From an uncultured Bacilli bacterium (GTDB lineage Bacteria > Bacillota_I > Bacilli_A > RF39 > UBA660), in assembly GCA_934101625.1 (NCBI GenBank), contig CAKORV010000003.1:1-59691 (forward strand): a stretch of 59,691 nucleotides of DNA, in the 5' to 3' direction. Positions within the stretch are counted from its first letter, which is position 1. Each line of letters starts with the position of its first letter. A model generated the notes under the pieces. The model did not search any database and was not told where the DNA came from. It was given only the letters and a program-made list of their open reading frames with translations. This document shows positions 47,871 to 57,530 of this stretch, one piece after another. The position numbers and the translations under genes are program-made.

Positions 47871-48443
47871 TTATTCATTATCTTTATTATATACTTTAGC
47901 AACTACCATAAGTCCAATAAATGTAAATATTAAACCAAATATTATACATGAAATTAATGTATAGTTTCTATAATATTTAGACATAACTTCTTCCATTTTA
48001 TCAGTCTTTTCTTCAGCTTGATAAAGTCTTAAAAATGTCTTTAGTAAAGTTTCTCTATTATTTTCATTAAAAGTTATAAAATAAGAATCACCTACAATCA
48101 TAAAAGGAACTGAAGAAGAACGACTTTGTAAATAATCAAGTGTATTAGCAAATAACTCTTTATTATCTTCATTAGTATATATTTCGTAGCTCTTTAACTT
48201 AAAGAATTGACCATATTCTTCACATAAATCATTTAAATAATTTAACAAATCTAAAGTTTTAGATTCTCCATATTGTTTAAATAAATATATAATAGCCTGT
48301 TCATCAGTTTCTTTATATTCAGGACATTTTACCTCGATATTTTCCTTTTCTAAAGATTCAATTAAACCTTCACTTTTAATCTCTGCATTCATTATAAAAG
48401 GAAACATTAAAATCAACGTTGTAATCATTAAAACTTTTTTCAT
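47871..48443 (-). CDS. secreted, C-terminally anchored protein (possible thioredoxin-like fold without CxxC)
   Basis: Signal peptide MKKVLMITTLILMFPFIMNA and C-terminal TM helix ISCIIFGLIFTFIGLMVVA. IIYLFKQYGESKT...VPFMIVGDSYF is reminiscent of a Trx fold lacking the redox cysteines (weak). Terminator at 47840-47864. Confidence 0.5.
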   Translation of the reverse strand: MKKVLMITTLILMFPFIMNAEIKSEGLIESLEKENIEVKCPEYKETDEQAIIYLFKQYGESKTLDLLNYLNDLCEEYGQFFKLKSYEIYTNEDNKELFANTLDYLQSRSSSVPFMIVGDSYFITFNENNRETLLKTFLRLYQAEEKTDKMEEVMSKYYRNYTLISCIIFGLIFTFIGLMVVAKVYNKDNE

Positions 48444-48455
48444 ATATACCTCCTG

Positions 48456-49760
48456 TTATCTTCCATATCTATAATTGTATTTAATTAAAACTTTAACATT
48501 TTCATCTTTTTCCATGTCTTCAACAGTTTTACCTACTTTACTCTCAAATTCTTCACGATTTAAATATTCACTAAATATTTCATTTGAATGTAATAAGAAA
48601 TATGCACGATATCTTTGATGAACATCAGTTTTTTCTTGTCTATAACTAGAATTACTACTATCTAATCTTGATTCTTCAGTCCAACTTGTCCAAGATGTAA
48701 ATGAAGTCAAAGCATCATCCCTATAAGGATAAGCCTTAGTAGCCATAGTTTGAGGACTAGAATATCCTCTTTCAGTACCATTATACCATCTCCACAAAGT
48801 ATCCACATACCTATACATAGTTACTCTTTCTTTATCTTTTTCTGTATATTTTAATGCGTCTTCTTCATTATCAATTGATGGATAATAATTACCATCACCA
48901 TAATAAACTTTATTACCTTTCTTATCTAAATAATACCATCTATAAGCAGATGTAGATTGTATTTTTCTATAACTATACACTTCTGGATAATTAGTACTCC
49001 ATTCACTTGGATCACTTTCAATAGCTGTTCTAATATCCTTTTTAGAATAGCCAGCAGGTTGTTCAGAAGAAAAATCACTATAATCATTATTAGGATTCTT
49101 ATAAAATTTCCATTTTTGATCTCTAAAACTATAATAAGTTTTTTTCTCAGTTTCATAAGTAATTAATTCACCTGGTTCAGGTATCCTAGGCCACTTAAAT
49201 TCATCTAAAGGCATATTAACATTCCACTCAGATAGTTCAGGATTAATATATTTACTTTCTATCCAATTAGTCCAAGCCGTATAATTCTTAGTTATCTCAT
49301 AATAATTAAATACAACTTCAACATCAACTAAACTTTTTCCTTTAGGATATTCATTTGTAACTTTACTCATCTTATATCTTTTATCAGTAGTACAATAAGA
49401 ACAATTCTTTAAATTAAAAGTTTTAACATACTTACCTTCTGCCTGAGTAATAGTGACATTACCAGTACACGTATTACCTTTAAATTCCAAATCCAAATCA
49501 GGTACTTTACTAACATTAATTGTAACAGATTTTCCATCTAAAGTAGGCAACATATTATTCCTATCTGCATATTCAAATGTTGCATCCATTACTTTTTCTT
49601 CCATAGATAAACAATTATTATTTTTAACGGTACTTACTATTATAAATATAACGACAACTGTCATAAATAAAATAGACAAAATAATAACTGGAGTATAATC
49701 TTTTTTTAAATTAGCACTTCTCTTTTTTATAGTTCCAGAATTAAAAATACTATATTTCAT
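48456..49760 (-). CDS. membrane-anchored W/Y-rich extracytoplasmic protein, unknown function
   Basis: N-terminal TM helix PVIILSILFMTVVVIFIIVS. The ectodomain has recurring aromatic motifs (YSFRDQKWKFY, YRWYYLDKKGNKVYY, MYRYVDTLWRWY, FTSWTSWTEE). Confidence 0.55.
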   Translation of the reverse strand: MKYSIFNSGTIKKRSANLKKDYTPVIILSILFMTVVVIFIIVSTVKNNNCLSMEEKVMDATFEYADRNNMLPTLDGKSVTINVSKVPDLDLEFKGNTCTGNVTITQAEGKYVKTFNLKNCSYCTTDKRYKMSKVTNEYPKGKSLVDVEVVFNYYEITKNYTAWTNWIESKYINPELSEWNVNMPLDEFKWPRIPEPGELITYETEKKTYYSFRDQKWKFYKNPNNDYSDFSSEQPAGYSKKDIRTAIESDPSEWSTNYPEVYSYRKIQSTSAYRWYYLDKKGNKVYYGDGNYYPSIDNEEDALKYTEKDKERVTMYRYVDTLWRWYNGTERGYSSPQTMATKAYPYRDDALTSFTSWTSWTEESRLDSSNSSYRQEKTDVHQRYRAYFLLHSNEIFSEYLNREEFESKVGKTVEDMEKDENVKVLIKYNYRYGR

Positions 49761-49816
49761 TTAATTCACCTCATCTACTATAAAATATATCATATTTTTG
49801 TATCAAAAACAACAAA

Positions 49817-51442
49817 TTACTCTTCACTTTCATTTAACATTTCATAATGAAGTACTATATCTCTATCATAATAAACAATTCTTCCGCTAGGTAATAAAAG
49901 CATTCTATTGATTCCTAAATTATCAACAAAATCCAGATTATGAGATACAACAAGCAAAGTACCTTCAAATTCTTTAAAAGTGTCTGCAATTATCATTTGT
50001 GTCATAGGATCTAAATGATTTGTAGGTTCATCTAAAAGAATTGTATTAGCCCCACTTAAACTTATTTTGGCAAGTGCTACTCTACTTCTTTCTCCCGGAG
50101 ACAATACACTAACTTTTTTATAAATATCATCACCACTAAACAAGAAACTACCTAGTAACTTTCTAAGTTCATAATCCCTTAGATTATACTCACTAAAATT
50201 ATTTAAGATACTCTTATCTAAATCAAGTATTTCATGTTCTTGAGCATAATAAGATATATTAGTTTTTTCACCAACACATATCTCTCCTTCAATAGGATTT
50301 AATTCACCCATAATTAATTTTAAAAGTGTAGATTTACCAATACCATTTTCTCCTACTATCAAGAATTTTTCTCCTCTTGATATATCAAAAGTTAACTTAT
50401 CATATAAAAGATTATCTAAGGTATAACCAAATGTAAGACTATTTGATTTAATAGGTATACTATAACTTGGATAATCTATATGCATCTTTATTCTGGCATA
50501 CTTATTCTTTTTTTCTAACTCTACCTTTTCACTTTGTAATCTTTCTAACTTCTTTATTCTATCTTTAGCAATATTCGCTTTCTTTTCATTACCTCTTATA
50601 TATTTGCTAATGATTTTCTTAAGTTTTTCTTCTTCTTTAACTTGTTTTTCATGCAACCTTAAAGTAGCCTTATCTCTTTCATCTTTAATAGTCAAATATT
50701 TTTTATAGTTACCATTAAATAATTCTACTTTATGTTTTATTTTATCTACATATAAAGTTCTAGTAGTAACTTCATTTAAAAACTCTACATCATGCGAAAT
50801 AACAAGTACTAAACCTTTATACCTCTTTAAATAATTTATAATATAATCTTTGGTATCTAAATCTAAATGATTTGTAGGTTCATCTAATAATAGTATTTCA
50901 GGATTAGAATATAATAGTCTTGCAAATGCTACTTTAGATTTTTGTCCACCAGAAATATTTTTTAATTTTAAATCAAGTAATTCATCATTAATATTCATAC
51001 CACTTATTATTTTTAAAAGTATTCCTTCAGCATTATATTCATCGTAATATGTTAATTTATCTTCAACTTTAGATATTTCTTTATATTTAATGTTTAGTAA
51101 TTTTTCATCTGTAATACTACCAATTTCTTCATATAAAGAATTTAATTTTTCTTTTAATTCTTTAATAGGTCTACCTAAAAGTAAATAATCAAATACTGTG
51201 ATATCATCACTTGGAATTTCATCTGTAATAACTTGTGGGAGGAATCCTATATTAATGTTATTTTTTAGTTTAATTCTACCACTATCAGGAACCAGTTTTC
51301 CAAGTATTAAATTAAATAATGTTGATTTACCTGCACCATTTACTCCCACTATACCTACTTTATCAGTATCATTAAATTGTACTGTAATATCATCAAAGAT
51401 TGTTTGTAAACCAAATGACATACTTAAATTTTCTACATACAT
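49817..51442 (-). CDS. ABC-F family ATPase (two ABC cassettes, no TM domain)
   Basis: Cassette 1: GVNGAGKST / LSGGQKSKVAFARLL / LLLDEPTNHLD. A charged linker follows. Cassette 2: GENGIGKST / LSPGERSRVALAKI / ILLDEPTNHLD. Confidence 0.9.
   Translation of the reverse strand: MYVENLSMSFGLQTIFDDITVQFNDTDKVGIVGVNGAGKSTLFNLILGKLVPDSGRIKLKNNINIGFLPQVITDEIPSDDITVFDYLLLGRPIKELKEKLNSLYEEIGSITDEKLLNIKYKEISKVEDKLTYYDEYNAEGILLKIISGMNINDELLDLKLKNISGGQKSKVAFARLLYSNPEILLLDEPTNHLDLDTKDYIINYLKRYKGLVLVISHDVEFLNEVTTRTLYVDKIKHKVELFNGNYKKYLTIKDERDKATLRLHEKQVKEEEKLKKIISKYIRGNEKKANIAKDRIKKLERLQSEKVELEKKNKYARIKMHIDYPSYSIPIKSNSLTFGYTLDNLLYDKLTFDISRGEKFLIVGENGIGKSTLLKLIMGELNPIEGEICVGEKTNISYYAQEHEILDLDKSILNNFSEYNLRDYELRKLLGSFLFSGDDIYKKVSVLSPGERSRVALAKISLSGANTILLDEPTNHLDPMTQMIIADTFKEFEGTLLVVSHNLDFVDNLGINRMLLLPSGRIVYYDRDIVLHYEMLNESEE
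51200..51331. repeat. direct repeat block 1, left copy (ABC-F 5' coding region)
   Basis: About 126 of 132 nt identical to 54632-54763. Confidence 0.8.
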
Positions 51443-51469
51443 AATCTCACCTTACTTCTTATAAGTTCA

Positions 51470-51535
51470 AAAAAAAGAATTAACAATTTTTAATTCTTCA
51501 AATCTTATTATCTATTTATTTTAGTTTTTCTTTTT
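51470..51535. repeat. direct repeat block 2, left copy (ABC-F upstream region plus 3' end of the small ORF)
   Basis: About 85-90% identical to 54809-54873. Confidence 0.7.
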
Positions 51536-51738
51536 ACTACATGTTCTTCACTAAAATCATACTCATTTATTTTTTCATTTAATATTTGTATAATTGTGTT
51601 AACTTCCTCTTGTGATCTATAACCCAAAATTCCAATAATATAATTAGCCATTTCTTCTGGATTATTATACCTTTTCTTATATTCATAACCACATGTACAA
51701 GGATATTCCCAACACTTAATACATTCATATAATGACAT
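51508..51738 (-). CDS. small Cys-rich protein (76 aa)
   Basis: The ATG at 51738 follows GGGGGA + 6 nt. MSLYECIKCWEYPCTCGYEY (CxxC-x4-CxC) is followed by a helical tail. The ORF-track TTG at 51792 lacks an RBS. Confidence 0.5.
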   Translation of the reverse strand: MSLYECIKCWEYPCTCGYEYKKRYNNPEEMANYIIGILGYRSQEEVNTIIQILNEKINEYDFSEEHVVKRKTKINR

Positions 51739-51810
51739 TAATATTCCCCCATTAAATTTATATATTAGCACCTTTCGGTAGAAGAATAACAACCACTTGA
51801 TGCAAATTTG

Positions 51811-51833
51811 TAGCTAGTAATAATTACTAGCTA
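51811..51833. promoter_or_regulatory. perfect 23-bp palindrome in the divergent promoter region
   Basis: tagctagtaat-a-attactagcta (11-bp arms). Lies between the divergent 76-aa and 856-aa genes. Confidence 0.7.
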
Positions 51834-51951
51834 ATTAAATTATACTATAAATCTTATCAAATTGGAACAAATTTATTGTATATTATTTAAAAAAATTTAA
51901 TATCGTGTTATCATATTAGACTTGAAAAGCACATGTTGCAAGGAGGAAAAT

Positions 51952-54522
51952 ATGAAATATAATAAATTAATTGAATTTTTATTCTCGACTAAAAATATTA
52001 ACAAAATTTTAACAGAATTTAACAAGCTTTCATTAAATGATAAGCAAATCTTATTAACTAATGATAATATTAAACAAAGATTATATAAAATTGCTGACAT
52101 TAATTTGTTAGTTAATTTATTAATTGATTTACCGTTAGAAACAAGAATAAATTTTTTAAAAGAAATTAATAAAGAAAAATATTTGAAAAATGACGAAAAA
52201 ATAATTATTGAATTTTTGAAATTACAAGATTATGATGAATTTGATTATAAGAAGTTAACACTTTTTGAAAATATGAAAGATAAACAACTTCTATCGATAA
52301 TGTTTAGAAAAATTTCTTCAAACAAATTAAAACTTATAATAATTGAAAATTATAGTCAATTTATAAGTGATTTTGCTTTTGTAGAATATAGTAAAAAAAA
52401 TCTTGAGTTAGTTTTAGAGTCAAAATTAGTAAATAATGTTAGTGATAATATATTACTTAATGAATTAAAAAGAAGACGTTCTAATAATAAAGTAACAACT
52501 CTAATGATGAATGAATTTTTTGATATAGATTCAAATAAACGAAATCATATATTAATTAATGTGGCATTAGAAAATTTAGAAAACGAACTGATACAATTAT
52601 ACAGAGAAAGATTTATGAATGAATCCAGCGAAAACTTAACTAAAACCTTTAAAGAATTAACACAAAATTTAACTTATGTAAATCTACTAATACTTCAAAC
52701 AATGATTTTTAGTGTTAACGATGAAAAAGCAGTTGAACTTATAAAAATGTTTTTTAGAAATGCTTGTAAGATAGAAGATGAAATAGAAGAAAAGTATTTA
52801 AACACGATGATTTATAATTTTAGAAAATTAAATTCAAAAACAAAAGAATTATATAATGTTACTAAACTAAAACAATTTTCAATTATTCATTATCTAAACA
52901 CAGGATTAATTGATGAAGATATTGATAAACTTTTTAATAAGAAAATTACTTTTATTCAGTATCAAAAAACTAATATTAAAAAAATTAATAAAATATTAAA
53001 GATATTAAATAGTATTAGAAACAGTAATGAAAATAAATCAGAAAAAATTAATTTAACTATATTAAGTTATAAATTATATTATATTTTCGGATATGAAAAT
53101 GCTATCGAATTATTAAATGGTAAGTTTGGAAATATAAATTTAGAATTATTAGCTACTATGTTGGATAGATGTAATATTAAAAATGTAGAATTTCAAAAAA
53201 TAAATAATATTTATGAGCCAATAATAAACCAATATTTTGTTCAATTTTTAATAGGAGAAAAAAAAGATAATAATACCACTATAAAAAGAATTTTCCGAGG
53301 TGAATTAGATTTATTAACAAATGAGTTTCCTAATCTATATAATAACTTTGAAAAGTTTCAGCAAATCATCGGAAAGAAAATTCATTTAAATAAACTTATA
53401 TCTTTATTAGAAGAAAATCCATTTATGTTATTACCTAATGAATACAAACTTACAAAAGATATTATTGATAATATTATAAAATCTTATGGTTATAGTGATG
53501 TGTTTAACATTAATAATATTTCTTACGATGATAGAAAAGAATGTGTAAAAGAAGCTTGTAATTTTTATCACAACTATTTGGAAAAAAGAGTAATATCTAC
53601 AATTCCTAGAGTTTTTGGAACTACCAAAAATAATTATAAATACGAAGTTTTAAAGTTAGATGATCCTATTATTATGACAGTGGGCTATCAAACCGGTTGT
53701 TGTTTTAGATTAAGTGGGTTGTCAGAAGAATTTTTAAAATATTGTAGTGAAAGTTTATATGCTAGAGTTATAGTAATTAAAAATGAAACAAATGAAATTT
53801 GTTCAATGATACCAATTATAAGAAATGGTAACGTAATTGTTGGTAATAGTATTGAACGAAATCCAAGGGCAAATAAATTTAAAATATATGAATCTCTTAA
53901 ATGTGCTTTTGATGAAATTTTAAAAATATCAAATCAATATGAAAAAAAGCCTATTATTGCATGCTGTGCTACCAATTTACACGCTAATGTTGAAGAATAT
54001 TCCAATAAAGCTATAAATAGTAATATATTTCCTATTAGTGATAGTTCGTTTTATACAAATTATGGTAGTCCCACTTATATTGTTACAAGTCTAGAAAATA
54101 AAACAGAAAATGATTTTGAATTATATGTACCAAATGCCATGTACTATGATGAAAGACCAAATATTTTAGTATATCATCGGGGTATGAAAGATATAGAAGT
54201 TAAAAACGAAGTTGAAAAAAGAGTAAAATCAATTTCATATCAACATAATATACCAGAAGAAGATCTTTATCTTACAAATTATATTGTTTGTAGTGAAGAT
54301 TGGTATTTAAAAGTTGATTATTACGGAATAAACGGGTGTTGTTTACAAAGAGATATTAGAGCATTAGAAGAATTTAATAATGTAAAGATTTATTTAGAAA
54401 CAAAATTTAGTGGAAAAAGTATTTATGAAGTAGATATAGAAGAATTAGGTTTAAATAATGCGTTTGACAACATTAAGTCAAAAAAAATTGTATTAGAAAA
54501 ACACAACAATATAGAAGAATAA
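51952..54522 (+). CDS. large orphan protein (856 aa), helical N-terminal region plus Cys-rich C-terminal domain
   Basis: The ATG at 51952 follows AGGAGG + 6 nt; the ORF track starts at 51922. The C-terminal third carries three Cys-Cys dipeptides (TGCCFRL, IACCATN, NGCCLQ). I see no P-loop or nuclease motif. Confidence 0.7.
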   Translation: MKYNKLIEFLFSTKNINKILTEFNKLSLNDKQILLTNDNIKQRLYKIADINLLVNLLIDLPLETRINFLKEINKEKYLKNDEKIIIEFLKLQDYDEFDYKKLTLFENMKDKQLLSIMFRKISSNKLKLIIIENYSQFISDFAFVEYSKKNLELVLESKLVNNVSDNILLNELKRRRSNNKVTTLMMNEFFDIDSNKRNHILINVALENLENELIQLYRERFMNESSENLTKTFKELTQNLTYVNLLILQTMIFSVNDEKAVELIKMFFRNACKIEDEIEEKYLNTMIYNFRKLNSKTKELYNVTKLKQFSIIHYLNTGLIDEDIDKLFNKKITFIQYQKTNIKKINKILKILNSIRNSNENKSEKINLTILSYKLYYIFGYENAIELLNGKFGNINLELLATMLDRCNIKNVEFQKINNIYEPIINQYFVQFLIGEKKDNNTTIKRIFRGELDLLTNEFPNLYNNFEKFQQIIGKKIHLNKLISLLEENPFMLLPNEYKLTKDIIDNIIKSYGYSDVFNINNISYDDRKECVKEACNFYHNYLEKRVISTIPRVFGTTKNNYKYEVLKLDDPIIMTVGYQTGCCFRLSGLSEEFLKYCSESLYARVIVIKNETNEICSMIPIIRNGNVIVGNSIERNPRANKFKIYESLKCAFDEILKISNQYEKKPIIACCATNLHANVEEYSNKAINSNIFPISDSSFYTNYGSPTYIVTSLENKTENDFELYVPNAMYYDERPNILVYHRGMKDIEVKNEVEKRVKSISYQHNIPEEDLYLTNYIVCSEDWYLKVDYYGINGCCLQRDIRALEEFNNVKIYLETKFSGKSIYEVDIEELGLNNAFDNIKSKKIVLEKHNNIEE

Positions 54523-54547
54523 AAGTGATAATAAGCTTTTTTTCTTT

Positions 54548-54793
54548 TTATATCATTGTGGAATTTTGAAAAAATATTGTTTTTGATTCTTTAGTTTCTG
54601 TAAATACATCTCTAATAAGATCAAATATACTGATATCATCACTTGGAATTTCATCTGTAATAATTTGTGGGAGAAATCCTATATTAATGTTATTTTTTAG
54701 TTTAATTCTACCATTATTAGGAACCAGTTTTACAAGTATTAAATTAATTAATGTTGATTTACCATTTTCTGAATCACCAGTAATCGCAATAAT
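54548..54793 (-). pseudogene. startless fragment of an ABC-F-type ATPase gene
   Basis: TGA at 54794-54796 lies immediately upstream. Reads IIAITGDSENGKSTLINLILVKLVPNNGRIKLKNNINIGFLPQIITDEIPSDDISIFD..., matching ABC-F residues ~30-85. Similarity ends inside the Walker A at one side and after ...SDDI(T/S)(V/I)FD at the other. Confidence 0.75.
54632..54763. repeat. direct repeat block 1, right copy
   Basis: See 51200-51331. Confidence 0.8.
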
Positions 54794-54808
54794 TCACCCA
54801 TATTAAAT

Positions 54809-54873
54809 AAAAAAAGAATTAACAATTTGTAATTCTTTAAATCAAACTATCTATTTATTTTAGTTTTCTTTTT
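54809..54873. repeat. direct repeat block 2, right copy
   Basis: See 51470-51535. Confidence 0.7.
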
Positions 54874-55178
54874 TGTTTATTATAAAAATCATCTAAAACT
54901 GGTGTCATTTCACTAATAAATTTATTTTGTTGATTAATACTATCGTTTTTTGCTTTATTATATTCACTTTCAAAAATAGTTCTTTTTATATTTTCTAAAG
55001 TTACTCTTTCATACAATTTACTACCAATAATAGGAATATTAATCATCCACTCCTTAGAATTGTAAATATTACTTTCTTTATAGTCAGCAATGAATTGAGC
55101 AATATCATCCATCGTATAATTACTATTTTTCACAAAATACTCCCCCAACAAAAACAATATACATAAAATTTTTATCAA
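54855..55178 (-). CDS. hypothetical protein (107 aa)
   Basis: TTG start and a hydrophobic N-terminus ILCILFLLG. Only its last ~20 nt resemble the 3' end of the 76-aa gene. Confidence 0.45.
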   Translation of the reverse strand: MIKILCILFLLGEYFVKNSNYTMDDIAQFIADYKESNIYNSKEWMINIPIIGSKLYERVTLENIKRTIFESEYNKAKNDSINQQNKFISEMTPVLDDFYNKQKRKLK

Positions 55179-55206
55179 TGAACTTATTGTTTTAAATTAT
55201 TCAATA

Positions 55207-55280
55207 TGGCAGGGGCAGAAGGACTCGAACCCTCGCGATCAGTTTTGGAGACTGAGATACTACCACTATATGATGCCCCT
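55207..55280 (-). tRNA. tRNA-Trp (anticodon CCA)
   Basis: Minus strand: AGGGGCA TC ATAT-AGTGGTA-GTAT C TCAGT CTCCAAA ACTGA TCGC GAGGG TTCGAGT CCTTC TGCCCCT G CCA. TATAAT lies upstream. Confidence 0.9.
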
Positions 55281-55328
55281 AAATCAATTAGTATTATACT
55301 ACATAAAAAACGAAAAAGGAAGAGTTTT

Positions 55329-56384
55329 TTAGTTCTTCCTTAAATTTTTTAATTCACCCATTCTACTAGTAGGTACATATCCTGGTTCACTATTTAGAAC
55401 ATCAGGTATTCTATTAACTATACTCGCGCAAGTTAATTCAACTGTACAAGGTCTATTAATAATCATTGTCGTATCAGCATCTCCATATATAGTCCACTCA
55501 TTACTATCATAATCTGAACTACTGTAAACTTTACCAATACATTCAGTTTCTAAGGTAATGCCTTCCATAGTTTCAGTAGTTACTACCGCACTCATACCTG
55601 TACATTCACCTTTTTTTACTGTCATTCCTAAAGTACTAGAAAAAATATCTTCTTCTGCTATTTTAGGTACACATTTTTGAACTTGACTTTTTAAAGTAAG
55701 TCCAAGCTTATCTAATAACCAACCATTAACATTCCACATATATGATGGAAGAAATTCTCCCTTATTTATTAATTCTAAACGTTCTTCTTCACTTATATTA
55801 TCAGCACTAGCAACACTTTTTTCAAAATCACTAACACTTAAGCCAGCCCCATGCGCTTTAGCAAGTGCAATTCCATAATCCTCAACATTATAACTACTAC
55901 TACCTTTTATCTTTGTAATATTATGTGTGGCTCCACATAATGTAGAAATTAGATTACCCCAAAAAGCATCTTGGTATCCACTTCCAGTAATAGTACAATT
56001 ATTTTCTTTAGCTAATGTATCGATCTCATTAGTCAAAACAGGATTTGAATTCATTGGATAAAACGCTTCTTCACAAGTCGTAATAGCATTAATTCCTAAA
56101 CGAGCACAAATAAGTAAAATATCTTTACAATCATTTAGTAAACTCATTGTAGTTACAATACATATATCTGGTTTAAGAATACTTAAATCCTCTTCTACTA
56201 AACTAGCATTTTTAATAGAAACACCTAAATATTCTCCCTTGGTTACTACAGAAGCATCTTTCCCGACTATCTCGGGATTTATATCATAAGCGCCAACTAA
56301 GGTCATACCATTTTCTATAGCATATCTCATAGTATATTCGCTCATCTTACCGCAACCATATTGTACAAATCTTATATCTTTCAT
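55329..56384 (-). CDS. DapB-N-like NAD(P)-dependent (amine) dehydrogenase family protein
   Basis: The ATG at 56384 follows GGAGGG. N-terminal Rossmann IRFVQYGCGKMSEYTMRYAIENGMTLVGAYDINPEIVGKDA resembles the 2,4-diaminopentanoate-dehydrogenase / native amine dehydrogenase family. A terminator hairpin overlaps the stop. Confidence 0.5.
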   Translation of the reverse strand: MKDIRFVQYGCGKMSEYTMRYAIENGMTLVGAYDINPEIVGKDASVVTKGEYLGVSIKNASLVEEDLSILKPDICIVTTMSLLNDCKDILLICARLGINAITTCEEAFYPMNSNPVLTNEIDTLAKENNCTITGSGYQDAFWGNLISTLCGATHNITKIKGSSSYNVEDYGIALAKAHGAGLSVSDFEKSVASADNISEEERLELINKGEFLPSYMWNVNGWLLDKLGLTLKSQVQKCVPKIAEEDIFSSTLGMTVKKGECTGMSAVVTTETMEGITLETECIGKVYSSSDYDSNEWTIYGDADTTMIINRPCTVELTCASIVNRIPDVLNSEPGYVPTSRMGELKNLRKN

Positions 56385-56463
56385 ACTCCCTCCTATTATT
56401 AGTTTAACACACTTTTCACTCTTCACAAGACTTTATTCAAAATAACATGTAAACTAATGTAAA

Positions 56464-57003
56464 TTATTCTGGTATTCCATATATTTCTTTAACTGTATCA
56501 CAAAAAATATAATTCTTAGGTGGTTTATAAGTTAAATAAGTAAATATAACATAAACAATAATTATAAGTGGAATACTAACTATTTTAAGTACTTTATTAT
56601 TTTCTTCCATTAAAAAGTAATAACTAATTATTGCCATAAAAATATAAATTAAAAATAATAATCCTATTGACACCACCATATTTTCTCCAATTAAACTATA
56701 TATAGGTAGATAAACTATAAGATAAAAAAGAACACCTAAAATAGGTACAAAAGCTAACTGAAATAAAAAATTATTTCTTATAATACCATTTTTACTTAAT
56801 AACATATAATCAATAATTCCATATAAAAGATAAGAAGTAACTATAATTTTCATATGTTCCCATATACTTTCATTTACAGGAAATATTATTGAAAATATAA
56901 CATTTGGAAACCATTCATATGCAAAATGACATAAAAATGATATTAAAAATATTCCAAATACAGATATAACTTTAACTTTTTTTATATTCATAACATTCAC
57001 CAT
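56464..57003 (-). CDS. polytopic membrane protein, unknown function
   Basis: Five hydrophobic helices and a FPVNESIWEHMKI motif. The start may be the ATG at 56991. Confidence 0.55.
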   Translation of the reverse strand: MVNVMNIKKVKVISVFGIFLISFLCHFAYEWFPNVIFSIIFPVNESIWEHMKIIVTSYLLYGIIDYMLLSKNGIIRNNFLFQLAFVPILGVLFYLIVYLPIYSLIGENMVVSIGLLFLIYIFMAIISYYFLMEENNKVLKIVSIPLIIIVYVIFTYLTYKPPKNYIFCDTVKEIYGIPE

Positions 57004-57081
57004 TTATTATTATGCTTATCACCATAAGATTTATGAGTAAATTTACATAAAAAATAACATATAATTAAATGAGGTATAATT

Positions 57082-57504
57082 ATGTTAATAAATTATTCAA
57101 ACAAAGAATTAGATTTATGTGCAAGACTTATGCGCGCAGAAGCTCTAGCTGAAGGTGAACTTGGCATGCTTATGGTTGGAAATGTCATTGTTAATCGCGC
57201 TATTGCAGATTGTTTAGATTTTAAAGATGTAAGAACAATATATGATGTTATATATCAAAAAAATCAATTTTCTGGAACTAAAAGTAACTTGTTTTTTTCA
57301 AAGTCAACAACTAGAGAAAAAGATTTAGCAAAACGAGTACTTAAAGGTGAATATTATCATCCAGCAACTAATGCACTATGGTTCTACGCTCCTAAAACTG
57401 GTGAGTCTTGTAAAAAAACTTGGTACAATCAATCATATGAAGGAAGGTACAAAAACCACTGTTTTTATGAACCACAAGAAGGTATATGTAAAGAAATACA
57501 TTAA
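57082..57504 (+). CDS. cwlJ: spore cortex-lytic enzyme CwlJ
   Basis: 140 aa, collinear with B. subtilis CwlJ: LCARLMRAEALAEGELGMLMVGNVIVNRA, DFKDVRTI, WYNQSYEGRYKNHCFYEP. Confidence 0.85.
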   Translation: MLINYSNKELDLCARLMRAEALAEGELGMLMVGNVIVNRAIADCLDFKDVRTIYDVIYQKNQFSGTKSNLFFSKSTTREKDLAKRVLKGEYYHPATNALWFYAPKTGESCKKTWYNQSYEGRYKNHCFYEPQEGICKEIH

Positions 57505-57530
57505 AAAATCTAGGAAATCCTAGACACTAA

